This document shows positions 10,540-20,100 of a DNA stretch of 64,000 nt, piece after piece. Source of the stretch: a virus (taxonomy: Duplodnaviria > Caudoviricetes); the IMG/VR virus record IMGVR_UViG_3300028048_000040, positions 160,001 to 224,000 of that record; one strand, given 5' to 3'. The position numbers and the translations under genes were made by a program. Positions within the stretch are counted from its first letter, which is position 1. Every line of letters begins with the position of its first letter. A model generated the notes under the pieces. The model was not told the origin of the DNA, ran no database searches, and saw only the letters and a list, made by a program, of their open reading frames with translations.

Positions 10540-11340
10540 ATGAAAAAATTCGAAGAGTTCAACAATGGCAATGTTACTGAGGTTAAAAGCGCTATTGCTA
10601 ATGGCAAAGCCACAGTGATCATGTATTGCTCATGCGGAATTAAAAACTGTATCAAGAATATCGTTGAGAAAGATGATATTTATTCTCTTTACGATCACCA
10701 GTCTTTGATCATTGTTCGTGAAGAAGATACCATTATAGTTTGTCAGCTTAAAGGATTCTATAAAAAGAATTCTGATAACTATATAGTTATCGTTGAGAAG
10801 GTTGATCCTAGTGATATTTTCGATAGATTAAAAAATGCTGGTATTGAAGATGGCCAAATATATGATTCTGTTAAAGATATCTTTGATAAAGCCCTTGAAC
10901 TGAAAAGAAAGCTTGAAGAATCCAAAGAAAAAGAAGAGGAGAATGAAGGTGCACCTGACGATATCTTTGATATCCTTAATGGTAAAGTAAATAATAAGAA
11001 TATAGGTAATGATGATGACGATATGCCAAATCCTCTGGATTTACTTGGTAAACTGTTGGCTGTTGGCGCTGCTAGTAGTGCGATCAGAAAATCAGTAGAC
11101 CCTGAAAATAGTAAATGGAAGATATTCAAAGAGTTGGAAGAAAAGCTTGGCAGAGTACCTACTTTTGAGGAATTTACCAATGCTGATCCGAACCTTTCCA
11201 GAGAAGAAAAAGAAAAGATGATAAAGACACACAAGGAGAGACAGGAGAGAATCAATCCTGGCGAAGATTCATTCCAGAGAATAATGTCCAAGTTGTTGGG
11301 TTCATTTGAAAAAGATTTGGAAAGAATGAGTAAGCACTAA
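10540..11340 (+). CDS. Hypothetical protein
   Basis: AAGGAG RBS, early promoter, terminator ~11367-11397. Confidence 0.8.
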   Translation: MKKFEEFNNGNVTEVKSAIANGKATVIMYCSCGIKNCIKNIVEKDDIYSLYDHQSLIIVREEDTIIVCQLKGFYKKNSDNYIVIVEKVDPSDIFDRLKNAGIEDGQIYDSVKDIFDKALELKRKLEESKEKEEENEGAPDDIFDILNGKVNNKNIGNDDDDMPNPLDLLGKLLAVGAASSAIRKSVDPENSKWKIFKELEEKLGRVPTFEEFTNADPNLSREEKEKMIKTHKERQERINPGEDSFQRIMSKLLGSFEKDLERMSKH

Positions 11341-11447
11341 GATAATCGTAAGATTATCATAAATATGGGGTGGTCTTTTGATCACCCCTAATTTTTTATT
11401 AGAAACAGACCTTTGTATTTAGAAAAAGACTTAAGGAGACGATTAAC

Positions 11448-12272
11448 ATGGCAACAGAAGTATTATTTTCCAAACCAGTATGTGAATACAATATACCTTT
11501 GTTTGAAAAGATTAAAACATATGAACTCAAAACAAACGTACATCAAATTACCATTCCTAAAGAGAATATATACGCATTTTACAATGATGAGAAAAATCCT
11601 ATATTGATCATAACCTTCCCTGAGTATAATAACTACAAGATTGGTTATGAAATAGAGATAAATGATGAAACAGAAACTATTATTTTACACTATATAGATA
11701 AAATATATAAGTATGTATTCTGTCCTACAGAAAGAGACTTTGCTAAACTTAAAATATTCTTTGATAAAGTAACTAGTGGTAATAAAGAGTTACATGATCT
11801 TAGAAATAAAAGAGTGTATGCTACTAGTGCTATAAGAGCTTTCTATGTAGATAAGTCTATGTGGATAAATAACAATGGTTTCTATGATATATATTGCGAT
11901 ATATTCATTTCTGGTTCTGATAAGACTTTTGGTCTTTATAAGAAATTCTTAGGAATGAATAATAGACAACTATTCTATCTCGTGGATGAGTTAGATACAG
12001 TTGATAAAATCATGATGAAAAATCAACTTATGAGAGTATATCCTAGCAATAAGCTTGGTATCAATGTTTATAACAAGGAAATTGTCTTGGATGCGTCGGC
12101 AGTATTCTTATATGAAGAAAATCAATTCAGAAAAGATAACACAGCATTTGATAAAATGAAAGAAGAATATTTAGATGAAGTGCACAATTCAGTAGAGGTT
12201 GATCAGATGATTATGGATTTTGATAATACTGAAAAGACCAATAAAGATGCTAAAGGTGATTGCCCATTCTAA
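11448..12272 (+). CDS. Hypothetical protein with acidic tail ending in PF
   Basis: AAGGAG RBS; late-type promoter 11404-11415. Confidence 0.75.
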   Translation: MATEVLFSKPVCEYNIPLFEKIKTYELKTNVHQITIPKENIYAFYNDEKNPILIITFPEYNNYKIGYEIEINDETETIILHYIDKIYKYVFCPTERDFAKLKIFFDKVTSGNKELHDLRNKRVYATSAIRAFYVDKSMWINNNGFYDIYCDIFISGSDKTFGLYKKFLGMNNRQLFYLVDELDTVDKIMMKNQLMRVYPSNKLGINVYNKEIVLDASAVFLYEENQFRKDNTAFDKMKEEYLDEVHNSVEVDQMIMDFDNTEKTNKDAKGDCPF

Positions 12273-12284
12273 GGAGGAATCTCT

Positions 12285-12602
12285 ATGACTATTGAAGAAG
12301 CTCTGAATATCTTGTGTAAAAAATCATATCTTATAGATAAATCAAATAATGATAATATAGTTCCATTAGATCAATTATATGGAGTAGATTGTACAGCTGA
12401 TAATACTTATATTATATTTGATTGTGATATAAAAGACGGTGTACCAGATATATATAGACTGCTTCCACCTATAGAAACAGAGACTATGGGTGTAAATGTA
12501 GAAAAAGTGAATGATACTTGTGAGTATGAATCAGTATATAATCATGTACAATCGCTATGTTATGTAGATGAAGATAGATTTGGGTATAAAAAAATATACT
12601 GA
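12285..12602 (+). CDS. Hypothetical protein
   Basis: AGGAGG RBS. Confidence 0.75.
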   Translation: MTIEEALNILCKKSYLIDKSNNDNIVPLDQLYGVDCTADNTYIIFDCDIKDGVPDIYRLLPPIETETMGVNVEKVNDTCEYESVYNHVQSLCYVDEDRFGYKKIY

Positions 12603-12635
12603 GTAAACTAAAAAATGGTTATATACTATATCAGT

Positions 12636-12825
12636 GTAGAAACAGGTATTGATTAGTTTATATCGAGTTGTTAAGATGCTTATGTTTATTCTAAACTATT
12701 TCGGTATTTGAGAATACGCCCTAATCAGTACCTGAATCTACTATTAACGACTGTTGTCGTTAGCTGAGGAATATTATTACAGAGAAATAACTATAGGACG
12801 AGTCCCTCTAGGCTCGTCCTATAAG
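12636..12825 (+). ncRNA. Candidate structured leader or ncRNA
   Basis: After early promoter 12620: 14-bp stem 12643-12656/12721-12734, hairpins 12746-12762 and 12792-12823. Confidence 0.45.
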
Positions 12826-12864
12826 TTATTCAAACATTCAGAATTTTTTAAAAAAGGTGATATA

Positions 12865-13395
12865 ATGAAATTAACTTTTATTGATGTAACTGGCAAACCT
12901 GAACTTGTAGAATGGGTTCAGAATAAGGAAACTGGTGGTAAAGCTGCTATATTCCGTATGTATGCTTTGGAGATGTTGGGTACTCCATTAAAAGCATTAA
13001 TGCCATTAGCAGATACAATGTTGTATCTGAACCCAACGATAGAAGGAGATGAAAACTCCAGGATATTTGATGAAAAGTATGCAAATCAATTATCCAATTT
13101 CCCAGCAACTAAGTTTGATCTGGCAATATTACTAGAACAACTTCAGTTGAAGGACGAGGTATATGTAGTATGCAATTATACTCATCCCACTGTAGGTCCT
13201 ATTGTAGACAGTCTCTCTAAATATATCCAGCAGAAGTATACTTTCCAAGGTATATATCTGGTAAATGATCTTGAGGATATTGATGAATTTGCTGCATCTG
13301 AATTTGATACAGATGAAGGATATGAAGCATTTGTCAAAGATATTGAATGGATGACTAGTCAGAGAGATACGGTGGAAGATGTTCTCAAGAAGTGA
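12865..13395 (+). CDS. Hypothetical protein
   Basis: AAGGTG RBS before ATG 12865 (MKLTFID). Confidence 0.75.
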   Translation: MKLTFIDVTGKPELVEWVQNKETGGKAAIFRMYALEMLGTPLKALMPLADTMLYLNPTIEGDENSRIFDEKYANQLSNFPATKFDLAILLEQLQLKDEVYVVCNYTHPTVGPIVDSLSKYIQQKYTFQGIYLVNDLEDIDEFAASEFDTDEGYEAFVKDIEWMTSQRDTVEDVLKK

Positions 13396-13400
13396 TATGA

Positions 13401-14177
13401 ATGCTTTATGAGAGAACATTATATGCAGCTCCATATCAATATCTAATCAATAGGAATATACAAGAGTATGATATATCCAAGGCAAATATATCTATTCTGT
13501 TGGATATAGGGTATATTACTCAAAAGGAGTATGATTATCTGCATCAGCTTCCTAAACAACAGCGAGAAGTCAAAGTTGGTTGGAAAATGAGAAGTGATCA
13601 GAATATGATCAAAGCATTAAATTATGGTTTCATTGAAGCAAGGAAAAAATTCTTTGAGCTAAATGAAATCAATGATATGAATGTTTTGTATATTGATAAA
13701 GACTCTATTACATTGATAGATACTAATATCAGGACTACAAAAGTATCTGATCATGTAGAGTTTATTCCTAAGAGTAGATATACTAGCCTATATCAATTAG
13801 GTCAAATACATTTCCTATATCTCAATGATAATGCATATAGATTTAAGTATGCGAATCAAGAGATGCTAGAATCTTACCATTCTGGATTCTTTATAGACTT
13901 TCTATTGTTCATAGCAGAAGAAGCTCAAACTAATTCTGCTAATGAATGTATTGGTTATATAAGAAACTTCTATAACCAATATGTATCTAGAACTTTAGAT
14001 ATAAGATACTATAGAGAATTCAATCAGATGTGTAAGTATAAGATTCTAAATAGTGGTTATTATTTAGCTATTGATGATCCTAGTGCTAGAGAGATAGTGG
14101 ATATATCCTATAACGCTAGAATCATTCAGGATATATACAAATCATTAGCTAATGAGTATTTCAAGAGTGTAAAGTAG
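13401..14177 (+). CDS. Small DNA-polymerase-B palm-like protein
   Basis: EYDISKANISIL (motif A-like) and YIDKDS (motif C-like). Confidence 0.45.
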   Translation: MLYERTLYAAPYQYLINRNIQEYDISKANISILLDIGYITQKEYDYLHQLPKQQREVKVGWKMRSDQNMIKALNYGFIEARKKFFELNEINDMNVLYIDKDSITLIDTNIRTTKVSDHVEFIPKSRYTSLYQLGQIHFLYLNDNAYRFKYANQEMLESYHSGFFIDFLLFIAEEAQTNSANECIGYIRNFYNQYVSRTLDIRYYREFNQMCKYKILNSGYYLAIDDPSAREIVDISYNARIIQDIYKSLANEYFKSVK

Positions 14178-14189
14178 GAGGAATTCAAT

Positions 14190-14279
14190 ATGTTTAGTTG
14201 GTTATTTAGTTGTGTTTGTGCAGCAATAGTTGTTACCACGTATTTCTATTTCCGTAAAGATTCTGTATTCAATTCTTAA
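14190..14279 (+). CDS. 29-aa membrane micro-peptide MFSWLFSCVCAAIVVTTYFYFRKDSVFNS
   Basis: AGGAGG RBS, one hydrophobic helix; below the ORF-track cutoff. Confidence 0.6.
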   Translation: MFSWLFSCVCAAIVVTTYFYFRKDSVFNS

Positions 14280-14291
14280 GGAGGAATTCAA

Positions 14292-14447
14292 ATGTTCAAA
14301 GCTATTTTAGGTTTCTTTGCAAAAACAGTCATTCAAGCAGTCGTTACTGCAGCAATTACTATTGCAAGTTTATTGGTAGTTGCTCAGCAGGTAGCAAACA
14401 GAATTCAAGAAAAATATTATTATACCGATTACGAACCAGTTTACTAA
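14292..14447 (+). CDS. 51-aa membrane peptide MFKAILGFFAKTVIQAVVTAAITIASLLVVAQQ...
   Basis: Same AGGAGGAATTCAA RBS, hydrophobic helix. Confidence 0.65.
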   Translation: MFKAILGFFAKTVIQAVVTAAITIASLLVVAQQVANRIQEKYYYTDYEPVY

Positions 14448-14558
14448 GCACTATATTTGTTTGAACTTATCTTAATATCAATCCATTTGGTATGTATGGG
14501 GAGATATAAAGATATTTTCATATATATTATACTGTATACAAAAAGGGGATGGTTGGAT

Positions 14559-14879
14559 TTGATATCCAAAACTAAAGCGCTTGCTCTATATGAGCAAGTT
14601 GCTAAAGATGAAGCAAATGTAAAGGAGGTGCTGACAATAATAAAATTCCATCCTAGATGTGTCTTATCTATGGAAACATTAGATATGATATGGGATGGAA
14701 TGCTAAAAGCCGCTAATGAATTCTACAGAGCGGTTTTAAATAACCCAAGGGGTGATGATATGGTACCAAAAGCATCACTCGTGCGTTATTATAAGAAGTT
14801 GTTCTTTAATAACGTCGTATACCGAGATATTTACTGTGGAAGCAGTTACATACCAGATCTCTCGGTATACACAATTTAA
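14559..14879 (+). CDS. Hypothetical protein, start uncertain
   Basis: Early promoter 14521, probable TTG start; UUCG hairpin terminator ~14882-14926. Confidence 0.55.
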   Translation: MISKTKALALYEQVAKDEANVKEVLTIIKFHPRCVLSMETLDMIWDGMLKAANEFYRAVLNNPRGDDMVPKASLVRYYKKLFFNNVVYRDIYCGSSYIPDLSVYTI

Positions 14880-14946
14880 AGAAAGTTCCCTTAGAAAAGT
14901 GCCCTTCGGGGCACTCAGGACTTTTTGTTTAAAAGAGGTTTTAAAT

Positions 14947-15750
14947 ATGAAAGCAGAACAAATGTACAATTTATTGCATGATCAAACCAAATCTCAAACT
15001 AGCTTTATAGCTTTAGTAGGATCTCATAATTATAACTTAGCAGATGAGAATTCAGATTATGACTTCAAATTATTTATCTATCCTACATTCTTAGATCTTT
15101 ATAACGGTGCTAAAAAGAATGGCCATGATATAAAGATAAAAGAAAACGACCTTAAAACCACAGATATAAGAAATTTAAAGACTTGTTTTGTAAAGTCTAG
15201 TTTTAATTTCTCTGAGACATTATTCTCTGATGATATTTATATTCCTACTAATGAGAATGAGGAATTAGACAGAGTCAATAGAGAGACTATACATTTTCTT
15301 ATTCATAATAGAGAATCATTGGCTGCATTGAATATAAGATATCTTATTAAAGCAGTACGTGGATGTTTGCATACTAGACTGAATGCTTTTAATAAGAATG
15401 GTAATTACAAAGCAGCGGCAGAAGCATTTAAAGAGAATATCATGTTAGGAAGATATCTTACTAATCTTATAAAGAAAGAAGAAGATCCTTTTCTAAATGC
15501 TATAAAATTTAGCAAATCTGATGCTATGAGAGAACCATATTTTCAAATAAGACAAAAAGCCATAACTGAAAGGAAGATACTCTCTTATATAGATCTTGCC
15601 TCTTCTGATCTTGAAAAGATTATAAAAGATAATGGATTTGAAGAAAGAGAAAAAGATCATGTTATGACTTATGCTTTAGAAACTATGCTAAATAAAGCAG
15701 TTGCTAAACGTATTCAAGTAGAGTTGAATATTAAATACAACAACAAATAA
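14947..15750 (+). CDS. Pol-beta superfamily nucleotidyltransferase (RlaP/YcgL-like)
   Basis: GSHNYNLADENSDYD = GS..Y......SD.D motif; GAGG RBS before ATG 14947. Confidence 0.75.
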   Translation: MKAEQMYNLLHDQTKSQTSFIALVGSHNYNLADENSDYDFKLFIYPTFLDLYNGAKKNGHDIKIKENDLKTTDIRNLKTCFVKSSFNFSETLFSDDIYIPTNENEELDRVNRETIHFLIHNRESLAALNIRYLIKAVRGCLHTRLNAFNKNGNYKAAAEAFKENIMLGRYLTNLIKKEEDPFLNAIKFSKSDAMREPYFQIRQKAITERKILSYIDLASSDLEKIIKDNGFEEREKDHVMTYALETMLNKAVAKRIQVELNIKYNNK

Positions 15751-15783
15751 ATATAGAGTAGTCCATTGCGGACTACTCTTTTT

Positions 15784-16392
15784 TTAGTTCATATTTGGTA
15801 CTTTAGAATTGTAAATAGGTTTATTATTATTGGCTACAAAGAGAGATACGAATTGATAGCACATTCTTCCTAAAATAATATCAGTTCGACCTTGACCATA
15901 ATACATGTCTAATTTAGTTCTAAGAGAAGGAGACATGTTACTAGCAACCGATTCTAGTAAAGCATTTAACATTTCTTGTTCATCTTTAGTATTAATATAT
16001 TCTTTATCTTGTAATCCTCTAAAGAATAATACATCTCTATCAAAACATTCTGATACAAAATTAGTTAAGATTGCTTTTATACCATCTTCACTATCAGTCA
16101 ATTTATCTAAATCTATAATAGCAAGTTTATCTTTTTCTCTTTGATATTCCATTTTACGATTAATAAGAATAAAGATATATAAAATAGATCCCCAAAAAGC
16201 ATAAGTCCATAGTTCTCCAAGTAATCCCATGATAACTACAAAGATAAATATAGCCTTACCTTTATTATCTATTATATCTTTAATTACATCTTTTATTCCA
16301 CTAGCTAAAAAGTTCTTAGCTGATATAAGATTCATTTTAGCACTATTCTTCCAATCAGTCATCTTGTTTGCTACTTTTACTAAAGCATTCAT
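15784..16392 (-). CDS. Hypothetical membrane protein
   Basis: Two hydrophobic segments; convergent terminator 15755-15779. Confidence 0.75.
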   Translation of the reverse strand: MNALVKVANKMTDWKNSAKMNLISAKNFLASGIKDVIKDIIDNKGKAIFIFVVIMGLLGELWTYAFWGSILYIFILINRKMEYQREKDKLAIIDLDKLTDSEDGIKAILTNFVSECFDRDVLFFRGLQDKEYINTKDEQEMLNALLESVASNMSPSLRTKLDMYYGQGRTDIILGRMCYQFVSLFVANNNKPIYNSKVPNMN

Positions 16393-17087
16393 TGTACTTT
16401 ACACCCTCTCAAACCAGACCAATCTAATAATTCCTCGTTAAGTTGCAAGAGTTTAGCATTCCTATCTTCATAGATTGGAAATTTGTCTTCTCTTGCTTTC
16501 TTAAGATACATCATTAGTTTAAACATTATATCTCTATTAAGTCCTAACCTGTATTTCTCGATTAATTCCCACCATTTACCAAAACACATATTAGGATGCA
16601 CGTATAGATAGTTATGGTGATATTGCTGATGACAAGTCTTGCACAACATCACTATTGGTATATTGTTCTGTGCATGTTCACATTTAAGTATCTCTGCTAA
16701 GTCATATTCTGTAATAGCCCCTACAGTATTAAGAACATGCTCAGTGATCATAATAGCAATATCATATATATTAAGCATACAATGGTGCATTTCTAATATA
16801 GTATCATTATATTCTTCAGTATCTTGAATATATGGATGTAGTTGACAACAATTCATCCCTATAGAATATAAGTATGCTTTATAATGTGAATAAGTTCTAC
16901 TATGCCTAAATAGACGTATAGCAGAGTCTAAGAATGCTTTATATTCCTCTAAATCATAAGTACCTTCTCTAGTTAATGCAAATTGAATAGCATAATCAGC
17001 ATTGGGAGATAGTATTTCTGGATTACCAGTATCATTCTTCAATATAATATCAGGATAGTTTACATTAGTAAGATTCATCTTTCTCAT
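16389..17087 (-). CDS. HNH-like Zn-binding protein
   Basis: CCQLH, LEMHH, VMLCKTCHQQYH. Confidence 0.55.
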   Translation of the reverse strand: MRKMNLTNVNYPDIILKNDTGNPEILSPNADYAIQFALTREGTYDLEEYKAFLDSAIRLFRHSRTYSHYKAYLYSIGMNCCQLHPYIQDTEEYNDTILEMHHCMLNIYDIAIMITEHVLNTVGAITEYDLAEILKCEHAQNNIPIVMLCKTCHQQYHHNYLYVHPNMCFGKWWELIEKYRLGLNRDIMFKLMMYLKKAREDKFPIYEDRNAKLLQLNEELLDWSGLRGCKVQ

Positions 17088-17158
17088 CTCCTTTATATAT
17101 GAAGTATTTTTATCTAATCTAATGTCTTCAGCCTGAATCTGGATATAATGATATGGAA

Positions 17159-17170
17159 AACATTTGGGTA
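17159..17170 (+). promoter_or_regulatory. Late-type promoter AC(A/T)-N6-T(A/G) (representative copy AACA-TTTGGG-TA)
   Basis: Matches the AR9 late consensus AACA-N6-TA/G. Copies before genes on + at 11404, 17159, 22714, 30446, 35703, 46709, 63206 and on - at 17115-17126, 52648-52659, 55370-55381, 56702-56713. The motif is short, so single calls are weak. Confidence 0.6.
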
Positions 17171-17198
17171 AGATATTAGGAAGGAAGGAGAGATATGT

Positions 17199-20100
17199 GT
17201 GAGTTTAAGGTTTACTGAGGATCTTTTAGACACAGAAAATCCTTTTATTGATCTTTTGGTTTATAACCTAAAGATACTAGCATTCAATTGTGTTATTAAG
17301 AATGAATATGATGCAAATGAAGCTGAAACAGAAGAGTCTTCAAAGAACTCTTCTATATACATTGCTTGCTTAGAAGATAAAGCTCATATTGAGCTTTTTG
17401 ATATAATTCCAGTAGGGTTCTTACAACAAGTTGGTGTGCCTCAAGCACAAATAGATTTGTATATAAATAATGGATATGATCAATTCTATATCCCTAAAGA
17501 TATTATATGGGACTTTAATAAGAATGAATATGTTCCTAGTGGTACTACATATGAAGCTGATTTAAAACCATTATTACAGAAATGGTATATAGAAAAGTAC
17601 GAGAATAACCATTATGAAGGAGAATTAAATAATTACTACAGAAAGATATTAGGTATACCTCCAGTTGGAGACTGGGGTATTCCTATGGTTGAATATGAAT
17701 ATCTTTTTCCTGATTATTTTACATATACAGGAGAGTTTGTACATGAAATAGGACCAGATGCTTGTAGAACTCTTGATAGATTGGGAATACTAGATATAAT
17801 GCGAGCAGACTATCCAGATGCTGATTATCTAGATTATGTAGTTTGTGGAATTACTCCATATGATGCTAGAAATAAGATGGATATGCAAATGTTATGGCAT
17901 CCTAGTGAAGAAGATCTATCTTATGATAATGAAGAACTAAATGTAACTACATTTAGATCTATGATAGAAGAATTTGAAAACAAGTATAATCAAAATAGAG
18001 AATTCGTTCAAACAGCTGTATATTCTCAAGCTATGGAAATAGCATCTACAGAGTATCATTCTTTTATGATTTTATATACTGTATTGATTACTATGATGGA
18101 TATTCTTACAGAGATACAATCTCATATAGTAAAAAAGGATATCTTGAATAGAAGATGTGTGGAATATATTTTATCTATGTATGGTATTCCATTTTATAGA
18201 AAGATACCAGAAAAATATCAAGAAAGAATAGCAAAGAACTGTCATAGATTGATAAAATATAAATCTAGTACTGAAGGAATGGAGAATATCAAAGATATCT
18301 TTGATAATAAATCTTTAGAGATATACAAATATTATATCCTTAAACATAGAAAGATGGATTCATATGGAAACTATGCTTTCTCTGAATCTAGTAAGCTTAT
18401 ATGTGAAGATAATGATATAATTATCCACGAAACTCTTAAAGAGACTGTAGGAGAACCTCCACCTCCACAACCAATGCCTACTAATGTAGACTATTATGAG
18501 AAATATAGATATTCTGGTAGTGTTATTGATGTATATGCAGATGGTTCTTACACTTCTAGTGGTGAAGATCAATCATTAACCAATAATGCTACTAATGATG
18601 CTATTAATAATGGAGATGCTCCTGGTCAAGCAGAAGCTAACTTTGAAGCTGTTACTAATGGTAATTATGTAGAAAGATATATAGTTTGGCCTTTTGAATA
18701 TTTCCTACAAAAAGGAAATGTTATGTTTGTCAAGATAGGAGATTATATTCTTAAAGAAGGGCAAGATTTTGTTATCTTCAATTATAATAAGATAAGAATC
18801 AATGCAGATTTAATGACTGATCCTAATGCAGTTATTACATATGAATTCTACTATGATAAGAATACGGTAAATGAAGACTTTGCTATTACTCTAGATTATG
18901 CTCTTAATATGAAAACTAAAATGGTCATGGGAACAAATGAAAGAACCTATAGTTTAGCTCCTTTACCATTCCCAAATTATCTAATAGAGAATAATGATAT
19001 AATAGTTTCAGTAGGTTCTGTATGGTTATCAAGTGATATGTATACTATAGATAAGTATGCAGAGACTATCACATTCACAGATGATGAGTTAGATGTAAAT
19101 GGTAGAGAGATATACTTTATCCTTATCTATTCTAAATTCTTAAGATCTAAGTTTGAAAAGCATTATGTAGAAGCTACAGAGAATGGTCAGACTAAGTTCT
19201 TTGTTCCTGATCCATTCCCATTCTATACACAGAATGAGAATACATTCTATCTCACTATAGGTAATACTTATATTGCTCCAGAAAGATATGAAATAGTAAG
19301 ATCTACGATAGAAGGACAATCATATGTAGAATTTACTGATGGTACTTACTTCTCTATAGGTAGAGGATTAATGTTTAATTTCCTCTATACTAAAAATGCT
19401 ATAGTGAATAAAATAGATCTTCTTAAGACTGTAATAGATCTTAAAGTAGAATCACATTATCAGTCAGAATTTGATGTAACCTGGCCTACTAAGAACTATG
19501 TATCTTCTGGATATCTTACATTTGTTAAAATCTTTGGTTGGTATTTACCTAAAGAATCTTTCTCATACACAAATAAGAAACTATTACTATTAGATGAATC
19601 TTTAGCATTACCAAAAGATACAGAACTACAATTGATTTGTGTTTATTGTGATAAAGATAGAACTGTAGATGAATATGATAATATAAGAATAGGAAAGTCT
19701 TATTATATAGCAGAAGAAGATAGACAAAAGACCTTTGCTTTCAAAACACCAGTAAGACATTTTGATACCAAATTTAATAGAGCTATAGTAGATATCAATG
19801 GCACTCTATTAGAAGATAATCAATATTCTATAAACTATGATCCTATGACTGATGATGCTACTCTCAGTATAACTTACTATTATACTAGACCTATGAAAGG
19901 TCAAAGAGTTAATTTCACCTTCTTCTATAACCAAGATGCTGAATATGTTACAGAGATGACAGAACAACATATTCCTATCACTTCTGATCAACAAGATACA
20001 TTTAGTTTAGATTATCCATTCTTCCCATATCTACAGACTGGACAAGATTTCTTAGTATCTATTGGTGCTACTTTAATACACAAATCTAGAATCCATATGC

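Noticed and set aside
12754-12864. N-terminal extension of the 12754-13395 ORF
   Set aside because: Runs through hairpins; the RBS supports ATG 12865. Similar over-extensions at 2634, 14752, 34380, 52678, 60068 and 61098.
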